DNA from: Dimorphilus gyrociliatus
Lineage: Eukaryota > Animalia > Annelida
Direction of reading: 5' to 3'
Assembly (NCBI GenBank): GCA_904063045.1
Contig: CAJFCJ010000009.1
Location: 972,942-1,036,941, forward strand
DNA length: 64,000 nt
Part shown: piece after piece, positions 48,619 through 60,975 of the stretch
Layout of the letters: each line of letters starts with the position of its first letter
How positions within the stretch are numbered: the first letter of the stretch is position 1
The notes under the pieces: model-generated
Told to the model about the DNA's origin: nothing
What the model saw: the letters and a program-made list of their open reading frames with translations, nothing else
Database searches by the model: none
Position numbers and translations under genes: made by a program

Positions 48619-50576
48619 CTAAATATCATCAGGTACGGTTGTCAAAGAAAAATGATGTTCTGGCCATTTATAGGTCAAAGGCAGAGACTGAAAGAGGGAA
48701 TCATTATTGAATTTTTAATATTCAAACAAAATGTTAACACTTACATTAACTTGGTCAGATTCTTCTAAATCGCTAAGCATAGCTTGTGAGAGTTCCTCAG
48801 AAATTAGAACCTGTAACCATTGTCCTTTACAAGCGTACGGCTTCCGATCTGTTACTTCTGCACCCTCAACATCACGGCTCACAAATGTTATGGCGCTATC
48901 ATTCATAATACTTTTAAATGTGAAATGACGACCATGTTTAATTCTACCCCTTAAAACTAGAGGTAATAGATAAGCAGATTCTGCATTTAAACTAATATGA
49001 ACGCTTTCGAGGAATCTTGTCTGGAGTAGTTCCTGTGGAGCATCTTTCTCGTTAGAGGGATTTCGAGACCTAGATTTTATTGGAGGCAGTGTTGGTTTGG
49101 TATTTATTAAACCTCTCTTTAAAGTTTCCTTAATTTGAAGAGAGTCTGAAAAAAAATAAAAAATCATTTATGTTTGTAAAAGCAAGTATTATTTATAAAA
49201 AAAACAATTCACGGCTTGAAATAGGAAACATATTAAAACATATTCTTGTCTTTAAACAAGAACAGGATATTTTTGTGTTATATTTAGTTGATTTAATTAT
49301 TTAAAACGAATTAAAGTTACCTCTTTCAGATATAACATTCTTATCAATCTCACTACTAAAGTCTTTGCGACCACTTTCACAAGGTAACTGAGTTTTACAA
49401 TCCCGTACAAAATCTTCATAAATACAACAATCTCTCTCGTCCCAGAAGCATTTCGAACTAACTCCACCTAGATTTGATCCGTCCTTTTCGATTCCCAAAT
49501 CAACCTTTTCCTATTTCGGCGTGAGAACATAAATTTATTGACACTTTAGAAAAAGGAATATAAATAAGAAAATTTACTTGAGTAGACGGATCTAGTTCAA
49601 ATAAACTCTCCCCCCTGCGCATATCGGTGATAAGCCATGGTCCACCAGGTCTGTTTAAAAAGAGTTTGCACAAGAGAGTCTTTTAAAAATAGAATTAGGC
49701 TTACAAGTTTACAGATTTTAACAGTTCTAGCACTCCGTTTCCATTCCACTGTTGTGCAGCTTTCAATTCTTCAAAACATATACCAACAATCTATGCATAT
49801 ATCGAGGATAAAATAAGATCTTGATGAAACGTTTGCTGCACCATTTACCTGTACAAAAGATAATGATCCAAAATCGGTCGTTATAGGCTTTAATTGAGCA
49901 TCAGGAGCCATTAGCATATGTTGAATTCGGGATTCGGAACGATCCAATGGTACGTTCCATGGAATGTGATCCCCAACGCAAAGTGTATTTTCTGCAACAA
50001 AAGCAATTATTATGTAATGTAAGCTTTTATTCAAATACGAACGAGTCTGAAAAACGTATCTAGACAACGTTTGCATAAGAGTTGCAGGCCATGTGGGAGG
50101 AGTAGTTTGATCTGGTTCTCTCCGAAGGCGAAAAGTTAGCTCAAAACCATAGCCACTAAGGCCATCTCCGTTACTACGTCTTTGAAATATATACTATATA
50201 GCTAAATAACACATTTTATCATGTTAAATCTTACTCATGTAATCTTCCATCGCCATGTAAATCTGACAAACCAAAAGAAACATAGTGCCAATGAGGGGGT
50301 ATGCCATCTGCTTCGTTGCCATCATTTACATACATACTTACGTAATCTAATGGATCGGGACCACCAAGCCTTAAATAGTCGAAATTAAAGGGTTATGCGA
50401 AAAATTGATTTTTTAAGTAATTACCAGAATTTGATAAGGGCGCTGACTTGCAGAGGATTGGTCTGCTCTGGATATATTCTTTTACATTCATTATATATTC
50501 CTGCTATTCCTGATGGCGTCGACGGTGTAGATGATTGTTTGGTGCTTATTTGAGCAGTGATCTCTTTTGTGGCCAT
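48619..50576 (-). CDS. SUFU: Suppressor of fused homolog
   Basis: YPEQTNPLQVSALIKFWLGGPDPLDYVSMY, HWHYVSFGLSDLHGDGR, GDHIPW, LRGRIKHGRHFTFKS. The last exon is SLPLTYKWPEHHFSLTTVPDDI*. Confidence 0.95.
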
Positions 50577-50780
50577 TTTTCTACTATTCCCTTGTTAACT
50601 ATGTTTTTTATTCGGTCAACTATTCCGACTCTTTGTAAACTTTGAAGACGACGAGGAGCACCGAGCCTTACTCATTCCTCTCTATCGTTTACTTCCGCTG
50701 TCAAGACTGGGCCTGCGAATTTTTTTAAATAGAATAAAAAGTGCCAATAGATTTGTGTCTGATAACTGTATTTCTCCAAA

Positions 50781-52481
50781 ATGTCAGATATTCTGACCGA
50801 ACCCGATACAGGGATAGGTTTTTATAGAATTAGCGACCCAATAAAAAATTTAAAAGTGAGAATTCGATTGGAAAAGGCGTCAAGCATCAATCTACCAAAG
50901 TTCCAATCTGACGATGATCAAACAGGCGCAGAAGAATATGTTTTTGCATGGCAAGAGAAAGTTCTAAGCAGACGAGAATATGAATTATATTCGGGTGAAA
51001 ATTTTACACCATCGAATGGCTTGGAGCAAAGATACAAATCTCTCTCTAAGGAAGGCAGGAAGACCAAAAGGCTATTTTCATATGTAGATCACGATGCTTT
51101 TGTAGGATCTACAAAAATGACACCGCTAGCTTCGAATATGACAGAAATTATTGAAAATGATGAGAGGAAAGCACCTGTGAGACAAAGGGGAATTTCAAGA
51201 CGACTTGAAGTTGATTATGAGCGGAAAGGTGAAAACACAAAAAGTTCTGCATCGTATATAACTATGTACATCATGGCTGATTTAAATGCTGCAGAAGAAC
51301 CAGCTATTCAAGGAAATGAGGCCATATTGTGCACGATAAAACACTATTCTAACAATGTTCTAAGCATGAAGCCGAATTTTAACAAAGGTAACTTACTGAG
51401 CTTTTTGTCAATGAACTATTGTATGAATCAATGATAACCAAGCTTGTTGTTTTTTTAGGTAGGCAAAATTATCGCGTGAATGTTGAGGGAAAACGTAGCG
51501 AACTTTTCGAATATACTATTGAACACTGGAGTAAACAACCATCTAAACAGGAAGAGGAAAAAGAAAAGAGAATGTTCCAAAGTATTTATAATCGAAGAGC
51601 AGAAAACTTGAAAGCTTTTGTTGGTTCAAGTGGTTTTGATGGACTTCCTCCAAATTCTTTACGAATTGTATTAAATGGAGAAATTCTCAGCGCTCAAAAT
51701 TTTGAATATTCAGGAGTGTATGTTAACTATTTCTTAGAGTTACCTACTGGTTGGATGACAACTAATTCTTTGGATCTCTTTGGCACAACTTGTACTTGCT
51801 CCCTAAAAAAAGAGGGGAGAGGAAACATTGCGCATTTTTCGCACCCTTTCACTATAGAATTGATTTATACACCTCAAAGATTAGTAAAACAAGAATACTT
51901 TCCAGGTAGGATAGAAAATATATTTCACGTTTAAAACTTGAGATTAAATATGTAACCTAAACTTTTTAGAATGGCCCGAACTCTTTTTCGAGATTATTTC
52001 TTACGATTCGTGGCAGAGATTTCGAACCGAGGGATATACCTCTGTAAAAGTACCTCTGAAGCCTGGAAAGACTGAAAATCAATTACAATGCTGGCGTCCA
52101 GTGGGTACATCTATCTTTACGTCTTTGAGAAGATTTTTTATTGGGGGAACAGCTGAATTAGAGGATACAACCTATGTCTCAAAACCTTCAACATTCCAAG
52201 GAAGTCATTTGAGTAGATATGGATTCAGAACAGAAAGTACTGGAGATTTAAACGTTAGATTGTACGCCGTCCATCAGTCTAAAGCGGCTAAAGATAAATT
52301 GAACCAGCGAACAAAAGCCTGGAATCTGGCAGAAAAGATGGGTGCTGGCACAACTCAAGCTGCAGATATCTTTAGTCTTCTAGAAGCTTACAAAAGAGCT
52401 AAGGAAGCTATGATACAAGCTAGAGAACATTTAATTAAAGATTATGACACAATGAAACCACCGGAAACTAGTGAATGGTAG
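50781..52481 (+). CDS. MKS1: Meckel syndrome type 1 protein (B9/C2 transition-zone protein)
   Basis: DTGIGFYRISDPIKNLKVRIRLEK, FAWQEKVLS, AHFSHPF, WQRFRTEGY, FFIGGTAELED, LSRYGFRTESTG. Confidence 0.93.
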
Positions 52482-53479
52482 AAAGGAATAGAAGAAGAAA
52501 GAGGAAAGATCAAAATACAAACTGCTAGATAATTTCTCTTTAAATAGGTTCTATATTTGTTGGTATTTTTTATGGTTTTTTTTATATATTTTTTTACAAA
52601 AAATCAATCTTAATTTATATGATCAATAGTTCAAAATGGCAAATAAAAATATTTAATAACTACTGCGCAATTCATATATCTTTTTTTGATTCACTTAAAA
52701 ATCTGTGAAATATGATATACAGTTTTTAAATATTATCGATATAAAGTTAATAGAATATAGTAATCTTATACGAAAAAGGAAAAATGATAAATTAAGCTTT
52801 TTGGAATGAAAATAATTTATTTTACGTTGATAAACGATAGATTTGTTTTCTTTTTTTTTTATAAAAAAAAGAGGTTGAGTTGTACCAAAAAGAACATTTA
52901 GTAGACCTATAGTACAAGTAAATATTCTCATACATAAATATTCAGATGTCACTACCACCGATAATAATATTGCGATATAGTAAATATTATGTAAATCGAT
53001 CTCTAATCGATAAAAATACATACGATATAATGATATATTTTTGTATTCTTTAATCAAAATATTTTTAAATATAATCAAATTTAATATGCAGTATATATTA
53101 TTTTTAAAAATTAGCCTTTAAATTAGATTTATATTTTACAAATTCTAACTTTTACAACTTTATTCAGATCGCCGATTGAAATATCGATTTCTCTATTTAA
53201 TCGGAAAGCGATATGAATTTAACAGAAGTTTAATCGTTCAAATCGATATATGACAGCGCCAGAAATTAGTTCCTCGTAATAACAATCAGTTAGTTGATAA
53301 TTGTTTTTCAGTTTTGGTATTATCAACACCATTTGACTATTCGGCAAGTATCTAAACTATTGTATTTGTTTTTTATCTAAGATATGACAAAAACAATATG
53401 TGGATTGCTATAATTGATGAATATCAGCTGTAGAATGAAGAGAGATGCAAAAATCATATGAATATTTTTAATTGCAGAC

Positions 53480-54461
53480 ATGGTGAGCAATGTCATACCG
53501 AAAGGTAACCCAGCTCATGATTTACAACAAGCTATAATTGCTGGGAATAGGGAGTTGGTGCTTAGTATACTTTTACAGAAGCATGCTGATGTTAATAGTC
53601 TAGTCATTGGAAAAACAGCCCTATCTTTAACAATATCGCAAAATAAATATGATTTGTTCAGCATCCTTTTAGAAAATGCTTCTGTTAATGTCAATGTTCG
53701 GAGTAAACTAATGAAGAATAATTTGGAAGCGCCTATTGTAACAGCTTGTCGAATTTCTAATGTTGATATGGTTAAGAAACTCTTACAATTTAAGAATTTG
53801 GATATAAATGTTGTCGATAATCATGGTCGAGGTGCCGTTTGGATGTGTGCTAGACAAGGGGAGTACGACATTTTAAAAAGCCTACTTATAGCTGGTGCCT
53901 CATCAGAAATGCTACCATCAACCTGGTCTCAATCCCCTTTATATTGCGATATCAGGTTTGAACTTGTTTGATATATAGCTAAATTAAAAAATTACCTAAT
54001 CCATCATTAAATTGTACAGGTACACTCAAAATACAAGCAAAATCGCCGAGCTGTTAATTCTTAATGGTGCTAATGTTCGAATAACTACACCAGCTCACCA
54101 AACAAGTCTAGCGCATCTAGCCATAACGCAAAATCGTGTTCATTTAGCTTATTTACTAGTCCAAGCAGGTTGTTGGCTTAGTTTTGATACAAAACTTAAA
54201 GCGGATTTTCATTCTAAAGCTCTAGACGAATATTTAACTGCAGATGACCAAGATTGGCTTACAATGGAAATAAATAATCCACCCAGCCTACAACGTCAGT
54301 GCTCCATATCTATCCGAACACAGTTGTTCAAGGCAACAAAAGGATCATTTTTCCTTAAAACTCTCTATAAGTTACCCTTACCAAAACCGCTTTTAGACAA
54401 TATCAGTTTATTAAATATTGTTGATAAACAAATTTCGAACGATATGTTTTTTAATGATTGA
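53480..54461 (+). CDS. Ankyrin repeat and SOCS box protein (ASB family)
   Basis: Ankyrin repeats (GKTALSLTI, GRGAVWMCARQGEYDILKSLLIAGA) and a C-terminal SOCS box PPSLQRQCSISIRTQL...LPLPKPLLDNI. One coding intron near 53958-54019. Confidence 0.85.
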
Positions 54462-55199
54462 AGTTTTAAGGTGATTATTTCTTTTTTTTCTTTTAGTATT
54501 ATCTTAATCTGGTCGAATTGTATCCTCGAATAAAAAACTATAAAAAAATGATGATCTATTTATTATATCGTTTAAAATGAGAATATCTTCCTTACTTTTT
54601 TTCAACATTCTTGAGGTTAATCTTTAAGGAAAAGGTTTCTAATCCGTAAAAACATGAAATAGAGTACTATCTAAACACTACAAGAGTAAATCATAAAGTC
54701 ACGCTTTCTTATAGTGAATATAAGCCACTTGAACTATAAAGCGTACAGTTATTCAGCATTTTCCATTATCAGTTAAATGATCTTATCAACACGAATTTAG
54801 AATAACATATTTTTATTGTAAAAATTTTTTTGAATTCTCTAATCAGGTCATCTAAAGCCGGCCGTAAATTCTCCTTCAGTGCAATAATGCCTTTTATATT
54901 CAATATTTAGACGGTAGTTAGATCGAACAAAGCTTAAAAGAAATGTTTTAGAAACATTTTATCACAACTTCCTGTGTTCTTTTACAAGACATATAAATAC
55001 TTTAAAAAGAAAGGTGTACTTTACACAACGTAATTAGCTAATTAAAAACTCGCAATTAACACCCTTTCGTCTTTTATTATTCACTTTCTTGTATTAAATT
55101 TAATATGTGCAGTTTCTATGGATGGATATTGAAAAAATTGTAATAAATATATTATTTATTGATTACGTATGGTTTATGAAGTAAGGGTTGATAAAATCT

Positions 55200-56162
55200 C
55201 TATACGGAACAACCAAGATTTTCAAAATGTTCTATCTTCTCTCGATAAAGTTCATAATATCTCTTACATAGATGAATGAACGGTTGTTCAACATTTTCCA
55301 TTGATTTCTGTATAGATTTGGCGTGTTCTAAATATAGATTCTTATTATGTGAATATTGCATTAAAAACCTACCGCCGAAACTTCAAAATAATCAAGTTTA
55401 TTATTGTTAGCAAACTCTTCACCTTCCTTTGTAGATATGATACGTCTTTCTGTTAAATCTACTTTGTTTGCTACAAGAACACCAGGTACAGTGCCATGAG
55501 ATTTTATTGACTGAACCCGACTTAGCCATTTACTACAGCTGCTAAATGAAGTTTCACTTGTGACATCATAGACTAACATTAGTAATGATGGATTTGACCA
55601 CTAGAAAAAATAAAGTTCACAAAGAATTATTATATAATTGTAAGTGATATGCAAATTATTTGATTACGTGTTTCATAACTTGATCACAGAAAACTTCTTT
55701 GCCAGCATTGTCAAAGAGAAACATTTCCTGTAAAAGAAACCGAATAAGAAATCACTCCTTCTCTATGTAATTGAATATTCGAAATTTTAAATAACTTACA
55801 ACTTGATCATGACTTTCGGGAATCTGGACGGGCTTTGTAACAAGTTCGATATTTGTTGTCTTCATAAATAATACAAAATAAGAAACATTTCTAATTGAAT
55901 TTAAATAGACTTATTTGTTACCATTGAATAGGTTTTGGGAAAATGAGTACCATCACTATGAAATACTTGAGTAATTGCACTTTTTCCAACGGTTGAGTCT
56001 CCTATAAAATTTTAAAAACGAAAAAAGAACGATAATTCGATCACCGAAAAAATTCGAGATTTATATAATACACATACAAAGTTGATTGGGATATAATTTA
56101 GTTAAAGATTTAAATGAAAACGAACCTACGATGAGACATTTTGCTCTTAAAACGGTAGGCAT
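55200..56162 (-). CDS. IFT27: Intraflagellar transport protein 27 (RABL4)
   Basis: MPTVLRAKCLIVGDSTVGKSAITQVFHSDGTHFPKTYSMT..., LVANKVDL, YFEVSAKSMENVEQPF...LYREKIEHF. No CAAX motif. Confidence 0.94.
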
Positions 56163-56482
56163 ATTCTCAAAACGTTATTTTAGCAAAATATTTAAACTTT
56201 ACAGGAAAACCAAGATTTGCGAAAGAATTTTAGTACCGCACTAAAATATAAAATATTTCTTTATTGGTTGTTAAGCAAGCCACTTTCAACCGCCTCTTAT
56301 CATGTAGCGGTATTCTCATAGCTCAAATTGTCGTGGAACTGGATCCAGACTTTTTCAGGTAAGATAAACACTATATGAATGAGACAATTGTATAAATCAC
56401 ACTAACGCCATCTATATTCCACTGAAATAGAAAATGGCGATCTGATTTTACCTGTGCAATATACCTACTAAGAAAAAAAGAA

Positions 56483-57170
56483 ATGGTTCACAGATCACCG
56501 TATTATTTGGCTCTAGGGCTTATGATCCTATCCCTAGTGTTATGTGGAGTCGCATATGGTACAGGGCATTGGTATATAGGAGGTGGACATGATAACAAGT
56601 TTGAAAGATTAGGTTTATGGGAAGCTTGTTTCAATGGATATGAACACACAAGCGATTATATTGGAAAAGCCTACTACGGCTGCTGGTGGATGTTTCACAA
56701 AGAATATAGTTATGTACGTGGATGGATGATGCCATGTAAGTACCGAACAACGCAAATTATTTCATAAATAATAATCACAACTTTTTTTAACAGCCTGGTT
56801 TATTAGTGTACAATCATTAATGTCATTTGCTGTGGTTTTTGAAATTCTCTCTGTTGTGGTATTAATAAAAGTTGGAAAATCTACAGGACACGATAAAGCT
56901 CCTCTGATTGCATGTGGTTTAACAATTATCAACACATTCTGCATTGCAGTTTCAGTAATAGTTTTCGGAGTTATGATCGGTGAAGATCGAACTTGGATGC
57001 CAAGATTCGATCTTGATTACTTAGGTTGGTCCTTCGGCCTTGCAGTTCTCAGTGGATTTTTCTCGGCGTTCGCTGCCATATCAATATGTACCTATACATT
57101 GATGTTGAAATACGAAGCTCTACCAAAATACGATGAATCGACGGCCAGTTTAAAGGGATACCCAGCTTAA
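56483..57170 (+). CDS. Invertebrate claudin-family protein A (kune-kune/megatrachea-like)
   Basis: 4 TM segments, W-x-GLWEACF...GCWW signature, WMMPSWF, and WMPR...YLGWSFGLA. One intron at 56736-56793. Confidence 0.88.
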
Positions 57171-57190
57171 ATCTATTTCATTCTACTTTT

Positions 57191-57214
57191 TATATATATA
57201 TATATATATATATA
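57191..57214. repeat. (TA)12 microsatellite in the claudin A 3' region
   Basis: Read directly. Confidence 0.9.
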
Positions 57215-57404
57215 CTTTTTACTTTTAAGTTTTCTATAAGACATGTACATTTTGATTTTTAGCCAAGTTTAGTTAATTTACGAATAAACTGTTTTAATTT
57301 CATCTTTTTTTACAAATATTGCTCTGAACCAAGGGAATTTACCTTTACACTTCAATTAGACAACAGATGGCGCGTCAAGCACCTCAGGTGCGACTATCAG
57401 TAAA

Positions 57405-58156
57405 ATGGCGGAAGGTGTACGCAGAGGTGCTGGTAAGAGAATAGTCTATAATGTAGGCTATATTCTCGTTATCTTGGCCACTATCTTACTGATAGTAGCG
57501 TTTTGTAGTCCTTATTGGTATATCTCTTGGCCTCGAGTGCACTCGCCTTTTAAGCGTATAGGATTATGGCAAGTTTGTTTTGCTGGTCTGATACTGCCCA
57601 GAGATCCAGATCAGAAAGCTTATCATGGTTGCTGGTGGACCTTAGCTCCAGAATTTGAAAATATAAGAAGTTGGATGATGCCTGGTTGGTTTGTAGTAAA
57701 CCAGGTTGTCTGTAGCGTCGGCGTCTTCGTTCAACTTTTAAATGTGATATTTTGCACAATAGTCTGGATGAAGACCAGACCAAGTAATAAAATTGAAAAG
57801 AACCCACCAATAAAGAAGATAAACATAATTACAATTACAACTGTAGTATCAGGTATATTGAATGATTTATCCCAAGTATAGTTTTTTTTTAATTGAAATT
57901 AATCATAACAGCTATCGTCTTTGCTTTGGATTTTATTTCTTTTGGTTGTTGCGTTTATTACGATTGGCATTGGATGCCTCATCAACATCTTAACTATTTA
58001 TCTTGGTCTTACGGGTTGGCTCTTTTGGCAACTTTCTTTTATATATTTGCTTCAATTGCTTTCTGCGTCTATAATAATATCATTAGGAGAGAAATGAGAG
58101 AAGCACCTAAAGACATCCCGGCTGGAATACACCTAAAAGATTATCCCCAATATTAG
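57405..58156 (+). CDS. Invertebrate claudin-family protein B, tandem paralog
   Basis: SPYW...IGLWQVCF...GCWW, WMMPGWF, WMPH...YLSWSYGLA. One intron at 57853-57911. Confidence 0.88.
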
Positions 58157-58713
58157 AGATTAATTGTTTTTTTTATATATCTTTAAGTATATAGAATCTC
58201 GATCTGCTTAACTGATATTCTTGTCATGAGATTTTTTTAGTTTCTTTTTTATACAATAAAATTAACTGTTACTTTTAAGGCTAAAAGAGGAATCAATGTA
58301 TTTTATGGAATGTTGGAATAATAGAAAATATTTAGATAGATTAAGTTTTGATGTTTGAATTATTCTACTTTTTTATGATGATGAGAGCCGAAGGAATATG
58401 TTAGAATATATAGTTTTGAATAAAAAAAAACAATTCAATTTAATGTAAATAATAGCAAAAATTTAGGATACAACACAATTTGATAATAGAACGTTAAATA
58501 ATATATATATGACTGTATATTTGTTTACCATTTTCATATGTTTATGTGTTTATGTGTATATTTATTCATTCATTCATTCATTCGATAATTAATTGAGGGG
58601 CCAATTGTAACCAACACAATATCCTAATATCATCTATGCTAACGTCTTCGGAATGCAAAGTTACAATTGAAATAACGGAATTGATTGTACACATAGTTAA
58701 AAAGAAATTATAG

Positions 58714-60425
58714 TTATTCGGTTTTACCCAAATTTAAATGTTTTCCCTTTGGATCGTCAAATCTATCCATAGTTTTAATATCCATAATCATTAAGATGGC
58801 GAAGACCAAAACAACAACTAGCACAAAAACCGCGATTAATCCTGACCAAATAGCAGTCGTGAAGAAGCCTACACAATCTTCTGCATTATGGAAAACGGCT
58901 TCTTTAGGTTCAGTCACATTCATCTGTAATTATTTTATGGTTTTCATGATTAACAATAATTCTATTAAAAATTTAATAAGTAAGCTTACTTGAATTTGAT
59001 AGCTATTTAGTATAACAGAAACATCATAAGTTCTTTTACCAGGTTCATGTTTATTATTTAACACTAAATTGCCACAATGAAATGATTTTCTAGGGCCAAC
59101 TGAATCAACCCTTGGAGATACAAAATTTACTTCTTCACCTTTTTCAGTCTTTAAATGTACAGAATAATTTGATAACTGATAAGGAGGATTTGTAAATGCT
59201 TTATTTTTGGTAAGAATTGTTGACATAAGTCTGTTAATTAAAATAAAAAAAACAAAATACAAAGGCTAATAATTTAATATAAGTTATTTTTACTTACTCA
59301 ACTGATAGTTCAATCTTTTTGTCACCATCCTCAAATGGTATTGTTACACTGAAATTAATATGTAAACAATTAATTTATGAATATAGAATGGCATTGTTTA
59401 TTTTATTTTCAATTCTTACGTTGCCTTTCCATCTTTAGCACAATCGGCTTTTATATCAGAAGATTTTACTGGTACGTAATATTTTTGGGCTGGATCTTTA
59501 CTTTGCAAAGCATTTAGGGATATATTTGCTCCTTTTAGATAAATTAAGCCACATTTTAAAATAGTTGGTACTGGTTGTTTTTTTTCTTTTTCTTCTAGTA
59601 TATGTCTTCCAATTCTCACAGCCTATTGGAAAATATGATTAATAAATTTGTCTTAAATAGTACTATTAAAATATTACATTTTGAGTGGAAGATGATTTTT
59701 CCCCAGTGAAAATAGCCAAGTATTTTTTGTTCACTGAATCGAATTTGTTCAAAACTGAATTTATTAGCGTATCCGACTCTTCAGCATCTTCGGGTAGAGA
59801 CACAATTAAAAGGATTTTTTGTTCAGCAATATCAGGAAAATTCGCTATTGAATCAATCTTATATTTTTTATATAAGTTGACATTATTTTGTCCTAAAGCC
59901 ATTACAGCATCGAACGGATTCTCTACGCTTATGAGTTGCCTTGATTCACTATTTTCTATTCGATTCTATAAAAATATAGCATTTAATTAGAATGAAGATG
60001 TATCAATAATTATATTTACTTTTAAATTTTTCAAAGCAGCCCCGTTACTCTTTTCATTGTATGCATCCGAGTATTTGCTGAAATCTTCAATTGATAACTG
60101 TATGAAAATTATGTGTTTAAAATGTTCATTATTCACCGCTAAATTAATGATATACTAACTGAACTCGTAGAGAACAATATAATTGAACGTTCGTGGTCAT
60201 CCTTTAAATCTTTTAAATAAAGGTTGTGAAATTCTGATTCTAAAATTGTTTGACCAACCAAACTTTCCTTCAAATTAATGCTGCAGCAAGTGGTTTAAAA
60301 ATTATTATCATCTCCATGTTAAATACAACTATTTACCTTTTATCTCCCCATAGAACTACGGGAACATATTCTGATTGCAGGGAAATTTGAAGAAATGCTA
60401 ATAATATGACTAGTAGGGGTGCCAT
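58714..60425 (-). CDS. ATP6AP1: V-type proton ATPase subunit S1 (Ac45)
   Basis: Signal peptide MAPLLVILLAFLQISLQS then VPVVLW; furin-like RIGR; KSFHC; CVGFFTTAIWSGL-TM-IKTMDRFDDPKGK. Confidence 0.92.
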
Positions 60426-60437
60426 TTTGAGAAGTCA

Positions 60438-60447
60438 GTCATGTGAT
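60438..60447. promoter_or_regulatory. M-box/CLEAR-like element at the ATP6AP1 5' end
   Basis: GTCATGTGAT 13 bp upstream of the ATP6AP1 ATG. TCATGTG is the MITF/TFE-type variant. Confidence 0.45.
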
Positions 60448-60975
60448 TATTTGTTATAACCGGTTTAAAATCGGTTTTAAAAATTCGGTTCGACACTACT
60501 GACATCTATATTACGGGTAAAAAAAATAATAAACTGTTATGCTTCATAACAATGTCAGGAAATGCAATTGGGATTAACCTCAAAAAATGCAATGGTCTAT
60601 GATAAAAATGTACTTTATTTATTTTTGAGCCATAAGTTCTTTTTGCAAAAACTATTAACAAGTACCAATTCGCGATTTAATCCTCGATATCAATTAAAAC
60701 ATAACAATTGAAAATTTTAGGGGGACAATACTATAAAACGTTCATTAATTCGGTTTATATAGTAGTATTTTTTTTGCTTTTCTATTACGACTCAATTCCA
60801 TTATAGGGCTATAAAAGCATGTCCATTCAAATTTTCACATTTTTTCGAATACAGGTGGCGCTTATATCGATTACAGGGCAATCTTGGTGATATTCTGGAA
60901 TTTCGTCTTCTTTATGCAGTTTAAACGGAATCTAAAGTTCTTATTTTACTTAAACCACAATAATCACTATATATC

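Noticed and set aside
52695-53078. 127-aa hydrophobic ORF and a cluster of ATCGAT (DRE-like) words
   Set aside because: The ORF has the I/F/K/N/Y-rich composition of AT-rich non-coding DNA. Only one full TATCGATA (52734) is present, and its relevance outside insects is unclear.
54810-54935. GC-richer island downstream of IFT27 resembling an alternative last exon or a miR-92-like sequence
   Set aside because: The good acceptor is not in phase with the IFT27 phase-0 donor, the in-phase acceptor is weak, and the miR-92 similarity is limited to the seed with no hairpin.
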